Positions 1-13,874 of a DNA stretch of 64,000 bases are shown piece after piece. Within the stretch, counting starts at the first letter, position 1; each line of letters begins with the position of its first letter. A program made the position numbers and the translations under genes. This stretch comes from Lingula anatina (Eukaryota; Animalia; Brachiopoda). The notes under the pieces are model-generated. The model worked only from the letters and a program-made list of their open reading frames with translations. It searched no databases and was not told the origin of the DNA. The stretch spans positions 3,286,001 to 3,350,000 of the forward strand of contig CM120642.1 of assembly GCA_051362555.1 (NCBI GenBank), written 5' to 3'.

Positions 1-1611
1 TGCCTATTTGAGCTCCTCTAATCTGTGTTTGCTTTAAGACACTAGTGATTATCCAACATTTGTGAAGGTGGTTTTGAGATACTGACCACACCACAGATTG
101 ATGAAAAGTTGACCACTAAAAACTTGTCCTGGGACTTGAAGCCAGTAAAAGGTGACGTGCTCTGATGAGGTGAAGGCTCTCGTCCTGTAAGTACTTCTTA
201 ATGCAAATAGTGTAGTGATTATAGCTCTACAGTTGAGCATGTGTGTTTTCTAAGCTTCTTAGATTTTGTGAGTATTTATTTCCAGGAGTGACAAGTGACA
301 TAACACAATATATCAGAGCACAGAATAAACATTTTATAATATTGTGATTTTGTTTTTAAAGTTTACATTTTTAATGTCAAGCTGTATGAAAAATAAAACC
401 AAAACAGAAGTGCAGTCAAAATTGAGATAAAGCCATGATCAATTTTAAATTTTGGATTACTTTCTGGCTCTCATATTTGGATCACTTTGGAGATAAAATC
501 CAAATACCAGTAGACAAATGATCAATTAGATTTTTCTGTTAGACTTTCTAATCCTCTCCACCATTTGACACTGATAAAGATTATCCAGTCTTAATATTGT
601 CAACGTGACAAGTCATTGCTGTTCATTTTACTGTGATTATGTCCTGATAATGATCATTCTTTTCAAGACTGCCACATGGCTGTGTTATTCCACAGAGTAC
701 CAGGTTGTCACTGAAAACAAAATAAGCTGCTTTAAGACCTAGAAATATATATAATACCTTGAAGTTAAATCTCTGATGTATCTGATAGTAAATAGCAAGT
801 ACTGGTTTGGTGTAGGCCTCATTGAGGCAGTGAACTGAAGAAGTTTGCACTTAATTTGAAGGACTTCTGTAAGATTTGTTTTGCTGGAAATTTACTCTTT
901 TCTCACTTGTGTTCATATATTTGGTTGCACATCAGTTTCTTTTGGTATATATACCTTTGGAAGGTGCACCATGCCACACGCTAAAACTTGCAGAAGGAGG
1001 CTAGGGTTTTGTGACTTAGGTAAGTACACAGCTTTGATACTTTTCATTATTGAAAGACCAAAAATTATTATCATCTTTAAAAGAAGATCAATAAGGTCAA
1101 AGTGGATAAAAATTTCAGTAAACATATTTTCAGAATTCACACCTTAGTCTGCATGTAACATTATAGATGTAATAAATGTTAACCTTACATCAGGTGAACT
1201 GGACTCATTTTCATCAAATACTGCTTTGGTAAAGTTTGAGTTTGTGATTGAGCACCCAGTAGGCTAGCTAGAAGTTTACACACACCTATTGTTAATTCTT
1301 GCCGAGTTTGTAACCACGAATGAATTTCAAATTGATTTCAATAATTTCTTTTGATGTAAATGGAAGGAAATAGAAGGAAGAATCAAAAATCAATATCAGT
1401 GGTACATATTGTAGTTTTCATAAAAGGCTGTTACATAAAAAGGGTGCTGCACAAGATGGGATTGAGATTGCTTAACATGTTTGATGAATCTTTCCCGTCA
1501 GTTGCTGTATAAACAATGACTTCTATTTTTGTACTTTTTGTAACAGTTTTAGCTCTCCATTCATTTTCATGATTGCATTTGCAGTCTTTGACAAATGATG
1601 CGCAAGGCACC

Positions 1612-1614
<3 letters not shown>

Positions 1615-1643
<29 letters not shown>

Positions 1644-1656
1644 GGGGGGGGGGGGG
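1615..1656. repeat. Poly(T) followed by poly(G)
   Basis: About T29 then G13; similar homopolymers at 4298-4321 (C) and 40320-40353 (T). Confidence 0.9.
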
Positions 1657-4600
1657 CAGATTAGACTAATTTTAGAAACGTGGGTCTTATTTTAGTCTCA
1701 AATTAGTCTTTTAAAGGAATGTTGGATAAATACCAAATTCAGGTTTACCTGAATGTATCATGGTGTCAAGAAGAGAAATTTCAGCAATTGCTTTCAGTGT
1801 TAGAAGGGGAAAAAGAGGAGAGACAGAGAAAGACCTAGTAGAGCAACAAATGCAGATATTAAGACATACATACTACGATTTGTCCCATTGCATTGCATGT
1901 CAATGTCTCTTAATTAAATGTCATATCAACCTGTTGTCAGTGGCATTGATGATTCAGTCACCCTTTGCATTGTGTGTCACAAGGTCTCATTCAGATTGAG
2001 AGAGATGTTGGTATGGTGGTTCATGCATGATTGGGTGATATCAGTTCAGAAATGTTGAAGAACAGTTTAGAGGTGCTATTTGACATTTTAGCAAAGCTAT
2101 TTGTTATGTGTTTACTGTAGACAAAAGAACAAGTGGATGTAGACTGAAGAGAGCAAAGAAAGTTGTGTGAGGTATTTTTTTAAACTTATTATTATTATTA
2201 TTATTATGTTAAGCACCTTCTAGTACTTGGTTTGAGCCAAGACTTTTAATTATGCCAATATACTTTAAGAAAGTCTCACTTGTGTAGAACAATAGAATAT
2301 CTTTACTTGATAATTGTTCCATTCATCTTCGTTATAACTCGATGACATCTGAAACTATGGATATAATGATATTACATGAATGCTTTTCAGTTCAAAGTAA
2401 ATTATGATTTAGGCTTCTTCTGTAATGTCAGATCTTTTGCATTTGGAGGACAGTTAGGACACACGATGGTGACATATATTGTATCAGGACAAAAGAGACG
2501 CCCTGACAAGCGATGCAAAAGTGGTCTATTTATAGCGTCTTTTCTTTTTGAACTTTTTGGAGAACTTCATTAAGGATTCTTTGGCTGTAGAAGTTACATT
2601 ACCTTCCTTTTATCATTGAGTAACTTGTCCTCATCTCACCCCACTGTCCTTAAACTAATTGCCTGAGTTCTCACAAGTCATTCTCTCTGTTTTCCGTAAA
2701 TGGGCAAAACTGTCTCTTCTGTCGCTGTGCATATTTTTGCCTCCTTTATTCTGAGTGGACTTAAGGAATTTGGATGACCTAAACAAAATATGAAGTTTTC
2801 ACTTTCACACTACATTTTTGGTTTAGATGTCATTTTACTCATTAACTTAATAATGTGCATAAACCCATATTCCATCAGTATAGGAATTTACGGCTTAAAT
2901 TTACACTCTGGATATGTTTGTGCGTGATTGTGCCTGTCTTGGTCACTTCAGAGTTGTGACTTGGATACAGAAGGTCAGGTGTTCATATTGCACCAGCTGC
3001 CATCTGGTGATAGAAATTTAATTTATAAATAGTGTTTGGATATTTGGGTTGAGTTTCAGACAAAAGACACCAGTGTAGGTATATGAGGCAAGTCCAGGAA
3101 GAGACAAGAAGTTCACACTGCTAAGAGGTGATATTCATAAAAAAACATGTTTTTCTATTATTGTTAAATTTGAAGCCATATCTGCTTTTGTAAACTTCAT
3201 TTATTATCTTTATTTTTTATTATTTTAAATTTTATATTTACTAGTACCATCAGCCTAAATTAATTCAGAGAAATAGAGGCAAATATGTATAAGTAAATTT
3301 TGAAGCATGTCTATCAATACTTAAATGCTTTCATGAAAAGTCCCAACAAAGACAAGAAATACATATTATTATAAACTAGTATGTAAAACTTCACACTTGT
3401 GTTGGTTTTATAACCCACAATTATAGCGGAACTTTTTGGAACCCTTGATCGCAGAAAGGGTATATAAAAGTAATATAATTATCAATTACACAATGTTATT
3501 TCTGTTGTGCCTCATTTTAATGCTCTTTATATTAGGTTTTAATGCTCAAACTTGTTCAGGTTAATTTAAGCTTGAATTGAAGTTATATTGCATATTTTGT
3601 ATTTTTAAGAGTGTTTCTTATCCAAAGTGTCTGTCACTGCAGTTTTAGAAAATCATTCTTTTTAATTTAATTAAAACATTAACTTGGCTTAAAATTGAAA
3701 TTTATTAGTATCTTTTGTATGTTTGTATTATCTGTTTAAAGTGCTTATGAAACTTAAAACTCTGCTAATCTTGAACTCAGAAGTTCAATAATTTGCCATT
3801 TCTCATCTTACTCAATTGAGAAGGAAAAAGTACCTTGTGAATTTGAGATGATTTTTGAAAATGCAGATGGAAACTCCCCTAATAGACGTAAACACCACTA
3901 TACTTCTACTCAGCTGTCAAGTGCAATCCCTGTTTTTTACTGAACAACAGGTGAGAAATTTTGTTTGCTGATTTCAGTTTTGTCACATGGTCAAAGGAGA
4001 AAGTGATTCTTTTGGTCATTGTTATTTTGTCAAACACAATTGTATATGTCAAGCAAACATTGCGGCCAACCACCTGCCACAGAGCCCTAGATATTGTGGT
4101 TAACAGGAAAAGACATGTAATGGTATATCTACCTTTTATTTATATTTATTGTTTTTCTAATTCACTGCCAGTGTTTGAGGGCATTGTGTCTGTTGTGCAT
4201 CGGAAGTAAATCAGATCATCAGAGTCTAGCCTATTAGGACTTGTCAGATTATTATTTAGTAGTGATTTATATTACAGACAAAAAAAGCATCTGGATGCCC
4301 CCCCCCCCCCCCCCCCCCCCCAAACAAAAAGAAAAAAAGAAAAGAAAATCACAAAGAAAATTTTCAACATATATGGTGTCCATGTCCCAGAAATGAGAGA
4401 AGTAGTTGGATTGGATAAGTTTTAGGACATTGTGCCTCTATTTGAAGATTAGTGTAAAGATATTATCAATTGCATACTTTCGTTTGATGCAAAATAATTT
4501 TTTTTAAAAACTTAGGCGTTCAGTACATATGATACATGTATATATGATTTTTGTTGGGCTAAGAAAAGCAACATTGCCTGTTTTTGTTATATATATGAAA

Positions 4601-7600
4601 TATACACCAAGAAGTATTGAGCAGTGTGAAAATTATAGCAGAAATATAGTAAACAGTACAGATTGTTTGACAAACTTATTAACACTTACCCCCACACCCG
4701 CCCCCACCCTAACCCCTTTCCGTTTCTAAGTTGACTGAAGTTTACCAGTGGGATGTGGAGGCTGTGTTGCCTTTCAGTGCTGGAGGAGGATTAGGAAGTG
4801 AAGAAAGCAGCAGTTGTGGTCATAACACACACCTTGATGGGATTAGTGGAGAGCCATTTTATACATTTTGGGTAGTAAGTGCCCTTTGGATACTCTTGAC
4901 CAGGACTGGGGACAGCGGCCATGTTTTCTGTCAAATTGTGAATAGCTGAATATTCCATTTACTCACCATGTGATATCAGGGGGCTCTTAAATAAAATACT
5001 AAATTAGTATAGGACAGTTCCCGTTGATCATGTGAAGTCCCACAGGGTTCCGTGCAATAATTTTGTTACGAACTACTAGTGCACTCAGTGGTCAGAGAGA
5101 TGCGTTATCTATGTCACTGTGCTCTGTGAATTAGATTTCTTTTGTAAGTCTCCCTTTGCTCTTATCATTTAATTACACTGTTAGATTGGCTTTCAAATGC
5201 TAGTTGTCTTAAGTTTTAGTTGTCTTAATTAATCTAGGATCCAACTTCATAATTATAATTTGATGGTTGGTAGATCACACTGTTTTGATAGACTTAGTCA
5301 TAGTTAACAACATTCAAATTATTTTTTTACCTGTTGTGGGATTGGTATTAAAGAAGTGTTATTTTAAAGGAGTATTTGTGTACCTGTACAAATGTGCCTT
5401 GAGGTAAAGATTAGAATAGTTAAGTTTATTGAAATGAACCTAGTATAAGTGGCAACATTTAAGGACAGAACAACCATTTTGCATTTACCCCTGTAAGATT
5501 CAAAATAATGAAATTGTTCTAATTGTGAGTTGCCCCATTTTAGATAAAGAATATTGAGCAGATTGAAAACAATGTATACAGACTTAATGTGAAGCTGCTG
5601 GTTAAGGATAGCACTAGGGTCATTTTTAATATTTTACCATGCTTAACAATTGCTCAAAACAAAGAAATTTGTTTCATCTGAGGACAACATTCCTTAAACT
5701 GTCAACAACCTGTCTCACTTCAAGGTATTTAACAGACAATTAATTGAAAGTGTATTTGATATTGCCCGTCATGGACATTAAAGCTTATGCTGAAACTAAA
5801 AAACAAAACATTTCCCATCATGCTTTATGTTCAGTGCTTTATCAGAGAAAACTTTTTTCCTATCAGGGGCAGCTTAAGTACTTCCAAGGTTAAAGTTTTA
5901 ACTCTTTTAGACAGGTGATAAATTGGTAACATTTGAGGACACTTTCTACTTGATTGCACAGGTCGCACTTGAATAGACAGGACAATGTTTGTACAACTAC
6001 AGACCTGGTAAGTTGTATTGGAGTTAACTGTTCAACCATGATGATAATAATGATGTAATGCTACAAGTGACGTGGTAATAAGTGGGATGGTGCTTTTATA
6101 AATTAAGGGTATAAAAGGGGGAGGAGAATGTATGGATTAAAAGCCAGGTCTGGTCAGGTATGAAAAATAGTTCTGATAAAATCTTCAGTTGTACACTTAT
6201 TTGACTGCATGACAGGTAAAGTATAAAATTTCATTGTGAGTGAGTACATGCTCAGGGTAGTGGTTAGACTCGGTGAACCAAGAACCTGTTTTGATGGTAG
6301 AAATATTTGAAAACAAACTTATTGAACTGGACGCTTACCCTATTACTGGGCCTCTGACACTCGAAACAAGTTTTACGTCAGCGTCAGTGCAAGGAGTTCT
6401 GTAATACAAATGGCAAACACTTCACGTGAATGTGCTGGGGATAAACTGTAAATAATAACAATTTTGCTTATGCTGGTGAGTATAGAAAACAGGGTTGAGA
6501 AAGTAGAATACTTACGAAAGTGAGGGAAAGATTATATCTGTTTGTCTTGTGGTGTAAATAGAGGAATTGATACTAAATAATCATATTGTTTTGAAGATAA
6601 ATGTGTAGTATTTGGGAAGGGAAAAACAAATAAGTTGGTCACATAAAAGTGAAAGAAGTGTTTTAGTTTTAGTTGATTGCGATATACATGTAAAAAGCAT
6701 GTCATATAAAGAGTAGAAAACAGAGAAGAAAGAAAAAATCTGCAGGTTGGTATCCTGGCATGGCAATTACCATAGACTGATCACCACAACTGATATTTCT
6801 TAACTAAATGATACAGAAATATATTGATGAAATTATTCATAACATTGACATTGTACAGCAGGATGATTTGCAACAATAGAATCAAAAATTATATTTTGGT
6901 AAGTGGTCAGTAAAACAGATATTCCAATATTATTATTTTGAGGAAAAGAGATGTTGAAGCCATTTTGACAATGACACGTTGAAAATTCTGTCTAGATAGA
7001 TATATTGCAGAATCTAGGTACAGATTTTTTTGCACTTAGATTTAAGTTATGTGTGACTGGGCTATGAGAAGTGATGAACAGAATTCTGTCATTTGTTTGT
7101 TGATACAAATTGCATAAGGAGAAACCATATTGTCATGACTTGGTCTGTGTGGTGCGATGGGATAAAAAATGATACCTTGGGTAATAATGGAGTTTTCAGA
7201 GATAAAGTATCATTGTGTAAAAAGTGGGCTTAAAACTGGTATTTTTATGTACTTGAATATCAATACTCAAATCTCTCTTCTTGTTTGTTTTGATATATGC
7301 TTAAGGTAACCGTTAGTATAATAGAGGGAAGTACTCTATGGTATACACATTTCATGCTGAAAGTAATTATTTTCATGAGCGGAAAAAATGTTGCCTTGAC
7401 TCACAAACTAATTTCCATAGGAGGAACTAATTCATAACAATATGATATACCTTCTAGTAAAACGGAAATGTTTCTCCGTGACTGATGAGTTGTATGATAG
7501 AAATTTCTGCTAAAACAAATATAACAGTATCCTAAAGAACATTTGGGACTTCCTTTTATTGGCTTTCCAGATCTTGTTTCCACAGATAGAGGTAAAAATT

Positions 7601-10600
7601 ACATTTATTGGACAGAGAAATGTTTCAGAACAAATGTCAGATTTTGTTCATCTTTTTTTTTTCTCTATTTGATCTATCGTAACCCGAGGAGCAAGCCTGT
7701 TGCAGATGTTACGCACAGAGATGTCATAATTAAGGGGAACTGTCGGGTCATTTACATCACCTGGCAGTTCGTAAACTGTCGATGACATCATAATTAATAT
7801 AGATTGATAACCTAGAGTTGAGGACCAGCTGTGAATAACTTAGTCTAGACTTAAAAGTCATGCATTTATACATATACTATATGAATATGTAAATACATAC
7901 ACTTTCAAGGGGATGGTGGTCATCTTTTGATCAAGAGAGATTGCTAGATAGAGTGTAGATAGGACTCTTTACAATAGAAAAAAAGAACAAAGAAAGTAAA
8001 GGATTAGTGTCTTCAACTGTCAAACATGTTTAATCAAGTTTTAAAGAAATCTATGGAATAATTTGATGTGCAAAAGTTTTCAATCTGTTAAGATTCATAT
8101 GTGATGAAATCAATTCACATATAAGGTAGGATTTGGAAGTAGCAGTCTTTAGAATGAGTAAGTTCTATATTATTAAGCATTTTGTTGAACAAGATACCCA
8201 TCTGACAGGTGAGAAAAGAAGATGATTCCTAGTATAATCAAGGTAAACATATATTTAAAGTCACCAATGAGTCCTTTCACTCCTAACCAGTTGCTGTCCT
8301 CATTGTCCAACAACACATTGAAAGGCATTAAAATTTATGAAAGTTGTGTTTAAGATTTCTTGTGAAGATGTATCCAGGCCTGTAGCCTGTTCCTTCCTCT
8401 CACACCCAACCACAATATTTACCTGTGAACTCATTAACACGTGATATTTGCTTTGAGGCTCATTTGTTCAGATGAATCTGCTGATGGAAAGACTTCATCC
8501 TGTCATGACTGGACTTGACTTTTAAGGAGACTTCTCTGGGGGAGAGACCCTGTTATTAATGAACAAAACAGGTATCAGACAAAGGTGAAATGAACAAAAG
8601 GACAGGTATATTTAACTACCCCCTCTTTATTTCCACCGCCCTTCTCGCCTCCCCCCAATTTTATACCCATCATCTGTTCAAACCACCACTCACCAGATTG
8701 CGTGGACAAAAACTTGTTAGAATTATAAAGAATTATGCGATATGCAGCATAAGAGACTTGAATCTTATATACAGGACAATTTGTTCAAGCATTACTGTTT
8801 AGATCCCAGGAAATAACAGAAATTGTTAAGTATGAGTTTCCAGTTGATTGCACCAGCTCCTCTACAGTTCAATGATAATGGGATAGTTTGTCACATTAGT
8901 GGTGTCATTAAGGTCTGCCCTGCTTCTGTGGAGATAGTGATCTCTTTAAGTGTTAACCATCTGTCCCACTGCTCTGTCACTTTTATCTGTTCTGGTGACA
9001 AGGGAAAGCAGTCTGTTCTTCAGCGTGATGGAGTATTTTGAGAGCTCATGCATTTGAAGATGTTATAAGCAGGAATAGAACATTATATTGTGAAAAGATT
9101 GGGAAGTACGGAGAAGAGTATATCTGGATGCTTTGCAAAAACTGTTTTGAAAAATACATGGTAATCATTAGTATTATCACTTATAGTAGACAGCTTGGGC
9201 TTGATGCTTAATTGTTTGCACATTCAGAGGAATCTCTTATACAAGTAAATGTATTGGATCATAGTTTCAGGAATTAACCCGATGGTTATGTATAGTTCAT
9301 GAAAGGTAAGTAAAACATTTGCATTGAAATGAAACACCATTTTGTATAATGCATTAATTACATGTCCTTCATTTTTTATCAGACCAAGGAGGAATAAGAG
9401 CTATAACCATAAGATCAAAATTGCTTAAAAGCATGGAGAATTGTCTGGGTGTCATGTCTTTTTAAAAAGTTTTCTTATTATAGCCACTTGTTATTGGACT
9501 GGGAAGGATTCAAGGATGTGTAGGTTTTAACAACACTTTGAAAAATGGTAGAATTGGATATCATGGCAGAAGAAATACTCCTTTGGAGTTCTAGTCATTT
9601 TTACAAAAAAAGAGAGAAATCGACCAAAAACCCTCCACAGTGCATAGCACCTGTTGTCCCCTCTGCTGGACCCCCCAAGACAGTCTCCACTTCTCCACTC
9701 CACACCATGTGGGGTGAACACGCTGCAAACCTATAATTAGTTTCAAAATGTCACAAGTTTGCCCCAAGTGTCGCGCACCCCTAATGACACGTACAATTAT
9801 GAAATTACCACTGTTTTCAAAGGTTAGATCGTGTGGGGGGATTTCACCAGCGTCTGTTGCCACCTAGAATGGCCAAGACCTCATGGCAGGCGTTTGCCCA
9901 TGGTGACATCTGAATATCAAAACAGAACCTAATTTGTGACGAAAAAAAACAAAGGATTTGTGTTAAGATAATGAGGCAAAGCAGGTGACACTGTCACAGC
10001 CAAGGTTCATATATAGCCAGCAGGAGGCAGAGAAGGAGTACATATCAGATAGTCAAGAGGGAGAACTGAGTACTTTTTGAATGGGAGTTAGTCTTGCACT
10101 GTTGCATGCAGAATACAATCTAAATTGTGTCGGGGATGTCATTGGAGTCAATTGAAATAGTACTCAGGAGTTAAAAGTCATGACAAGATCATTGGATAAA
10201 TTGCTAAGCTGAAGGTATGTTTAGGACTAAGGTCATGTGCACTTGGAAAAGTAGCTTACATCTATTTCCCTATCTGATGAGCCACTAAGTAGGGCTTTTA
10301 GCATCATGTAGAGGTGACTAAACACTTGATGATTAGATTCTCTCCATCATAATTTATGACTACAGAAGTCTTTATGAAACAAATCTAGATTAATTACATT
10401 GATGATCATCTTGATTTTCACTTACAGTCGATAGCTTGAATTTAATGGTTGTTAGCACATTCAGTGGAGTCTTTCTTGGATGCAAATACTCAGAGAATAA
10501 AGCCAGATGTCATTCTTTCCATCCTGCTTTATAGGAGTTTTTTAAATGAACAAATCTTGAATAATTACATTGAGCATGTAGTTTTTGGATACAACATTTA

Positions 10601-12543
10601 TTTGCAGTTAAATTGATGTTAGCAATCTTTCAGATGAATCAATTAGTTTGTATAATAAAGGTCTGAAATTATTGATCCTTGCCCTTGAGAGTGGACAAGC
10701 ACCATGTCCTGTAATTCATTCCCCTGTGGCCAACTTTCTACCTATTAATAGAGTATTCTTGGACCTGTTAATTAATAGCTGGCATTGATTAAGACGTGAA
10801 CATTATTGCATGTCGAGGAGGGAAAATACTTCATTTTGATTGGTCAGTATGTAAACTAAACACAGATGGGATTGATATTTTGTTAATTACCTTAATTAAG
10901 TATCATTAAGTGTGTGATTAGGGTCCTGTTTAGGCTGATTGAAGCTGTGACTTGTCACATACAGTTGTTTTGCTCAACCAAAGCTTGATTGGAAATCAGG
11001 AAAGTATTTAGCTGCAGCAGCAGTAAAAGGATAATAGTCATTACTAGTCAACAAATGACTCTGTGATATTGACTAGGTGACAACAGACTAACCAAGACCA
11101 TGACAGAGATGATGAAGCAGAGTTAGTTTTTCCTGCAATGATGTGTTGGATGTTAACTTCCATGTATGTACCTTATTAATGAAGGTGTGTATCACTTGGG
11201 GAATCCAAAATATCTCAAGGATTAAGAAATAGACTCCCCAGCAGAGTAAAGTATCAAAGTTTTTTGGCAATCAACAGGTGACACAGTTACACCCACTATG
11301 AAGACTAGCGTGACATTACTGGTGCTTACTACTGGTTGAGGCATGGGAATATATTGACTACAGCGTGGCAGGTTAATTGTGGTGGTAATAATAATCCTGC
11401 AGAGGTAATAGCATTTACAAATTCTGAAATCTTCTTGTTGGGTTGTATAATATAACTGCAGTGGGCAGTTTAAGTAATGATTCTCAATGGCAAGGCTATA
11501 TCCACCAACACCCTAATGGTGTTACTATACAGTATCAAATACTTGGTGTGCCTAGATTTATGTTCTGTGTGTTGATTTTATGGAGAAAGTGAATATTACA
11601 ATTCACCCATAATCTCCTTATTATCAGAGTAACTGGTACAGTGATGGAACCATTTATCCTTTTTTTCCTTAAGAAATGTCCTAACTGAGAAAGTTACAGA
11701 TGGATTTTGATAAACTTTTGTAGGAAAGCTATGATGTGGGTTAACTTGAAATCAGAGAGATTTTGGTATTGATCTGTTAATCAGTTGATTTTAAAATTAA
11801 ATGAGAATTAAGCTGTCTTGAAAGAGGTTTATACTCTCCTTTTCTAGTTTGATATGTGCTATGTATGTTAATTTTACATTTGCTGAAATACATTGAAAAG
11901 CATTTATTTATGGGATGATTTAACATGTCATTAAGTTATGGAAGAATATCTACTCCTAATGAGATTTTCTGAGAAGATTGTACAGGGTGGACACTGATGG
12001 TTTTATGACCGTCCACTTGGGACCTTTATAAAGTGAGAGACTGATTTAATAACTATCTGCCAGGAAGTGCTTGTACTGATCAGTTTCAGAAAGCGCAATC
12101 AGAATTGATGCCCCTTCAAAACTACAACAGAAAATCGTACATTTTTTGCACTGTGTGATAATTGTGTTATCTCTTTTGACATTAGGGATGATCTTTATAG
12201 TCTGACCCTTATTCCATTCCGTTCCAAGTGATATAAAGTTTAATTGTGAAAATTCAATATAGCCAAATACACTACTGCTGTGATGATCTTTATGAGCATG
12301 TAATTCATGTTTGAACCAGAGGTAAGGCTAAACGTGTGTATTAATTTAAAACAGTAAGAATATCATTTCTGGTCTGAAAGTATATTTACTTATAATATTA
12401 TTGTACAACTGATCAGTGATTATATTAGTGAGAAAACGGTATCAGTGTTTGTGAAGGTATAAATATAGAGCATCAGGAGGTGATATGTTAAGGATCAAGA
12501 TGATTAGTTAATGGGTGCTAGTTACATGAGAGTTCTGTGAACA

Positions 12544-12578
<35 letters not shown>
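12544..12578. repeat. (TG)n microsatellite
   Basis: Visible, one TA interruption. Confidence 0.9.
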
Positions 12579-12975
12579 CCAGGTATATATTACAGGTAAA
12601 GGACCCTGGGAAGTACACCCCCAGCTGATTAACCAAAGCTTTGATAACATCTTAGTGGCTTTAACAGTTCCTGGAGCAGCTTAAAGTCTGGGTCTGGAAT
12701 AGTATGATTTTAGGGAATGAGAGGTAGGGTGTTTGGTGGAGCAAGAGGGAAGATGGATATCACTGTAAATTATGTTCCATCATTAAGTTTTTTATGTTTA
12801 CACTTAAGTGTCTTCAGTAACTTTTAATGTGAAAAGAATGACTGTTTAGCACAGAAGAGTAAGAGATTAAGATGTTTTGAAAGCTGCTAAAAAATGTGTG
12901 TTTACGCAAGAACGGTAGTCTGCAGGATCATATAAACAAGTCCAGTCCAGGGGTGTTGACCAGTATATATATAAC

Positions 12976-12989
12976 GTTTCCATGGTAAC
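12976..12989. promoter_or_regulatory. RFX X-box-like palindrome GTTTCCATGGTAAC
   Basis: Fits GTNRCC(N0-3)RGYAAC-type consensus closely; about 170 bp upstream of the ATG at 13158, next to a TATATATATAA run. Confidence 0.5.
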
Positions 12990-13157
12990 AAACCTGTGTA
13001 CCTACCAGGGCTGGTCTTGTTATAGATTGGTGTAAATTAAATCAGGCAGGGAGGGTAAAAAGAGTCTGTAATCTCCCAGTCCAGTCCAGGTGATGTCAGG
13101 TAGTAGGGAGCCTTGCTGGAAGATTGTTCTGTGTGGAAGATCAGAGCTAGGCCAACA

Positions 13158-13260
13158 ATGGCCGTCATGTGGCATACCTGGAGACGCTACTTCAAGTCTG
13201 AACGCTACAGTAAATCTGATCCAGAAAAGACTGGTACAAAATTGCAGGATACAGATTTAT
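13158..13260 (+). CDS. Candidate alternative first coding exon A (MAVMWHTWRRYFKSERYSKSDPEKTGTKLQDTDL-Y)
   Basis: acaATGG start context, open frame for 103 nt, donor T|GTAAGT in phase 1 matching the 15097 acceptor. Confidence 0.65.
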
Positions 13261-13811
13261 GTAAGTTGTGTGCTTGAGAGGCAATGAAAAAGTTTAAGTT
13301 CAGAGCTTGATGAGAGAACACTCATAGCAGACAATAAAGATATTATTAGAAACAAAGTTCTTAGTAGGTTTAAAGGAATCAAATGTTTTGATTGATTTTT
13401 ACCTAACTGCATGCCTTGAAAACCAGTGGTGCAAAGAACACATAGAAGACATTTTTTCCCATATGTATTTCCATCTTGAAATTGGAAAACTGGATGCCCA
13501 CTCATTTGTTTATAGTTTCAAAGAAAAAAAGGAAAAGACAAGAAAAAATTAACATAGTGTTGCTATAGTTATACTTTCTTTCCTTGGGTCAAACTTTTTT
13601 CTGCATGAGTAAAAAGTCCAGAGATTGTAACAGTACATGCAATATCCAAAATCTTCTGAAACTGGTTAAGATGGAGCCCTGAACATGCGTATTAATAACA
13701 GTCTAGAGGAACCAGCTGTGTTATGTGCTTGCATGTACAGCCAGGGGCTTCAGATTCAAAACCACTGTCAGTGAATGAGGAACATGCAATGATGGAGCAG
13801 TGGACTCTGGT

Positions 13812-13825
13812 GTTGCCGTGGCAAC
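13812..13825. promoter_or_regulatory. RFX X-box-like palindrome GTTGCCGTGGCAAC
   Basis: One base away from the ideal GTTGCCATGGCAAC; 36 bp upstream of the ATG at 13862. Confidence 0.55.
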
Positions 13826-13861
13826 CTTGACTGAGCACACAGCATCTTTTTTTGTGTAAAA

Positions 13862-13874
13862 ATGGAAGAAGAAG
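13862..13874 (+). CDS. Candidate alternative first coding exon B (MEEE-D)
   Basis: aaaATGG context, in-frame TGA upstream at 13832, donor AAG|GTATGT in phase 1; splicing to 15097 gives MEEEDSSYEK. Confidence 0.45.

Noticed and set aside
7543-7785. ORF ending in NPRSKPVADVTHRDVIIKGNCRVIYITWQFVNCR with some CpGs, as an upstream PH exon
   Set aside because: No convincing acceptor and donor pair in the needed phase and no recognisable family motif.
9628-9642. CACAGTG heptamer next to an ACCAAAAACC nonamer-like word, as a RAG signal or Transib end
   Set aside because: Order and spacing are wrong for an RSS (nonamer precedes heptamer, 4-nt gap) and I found no partner terminus or duplication.
49-12900. 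Many short ORFs of 60-90 aa in the first 13 kb
   Set aside because: Low-complexity compositions typical of AT-rich non-coding DNA, with no motifs or consistent splice structure; likely intronic or upstream sequence.
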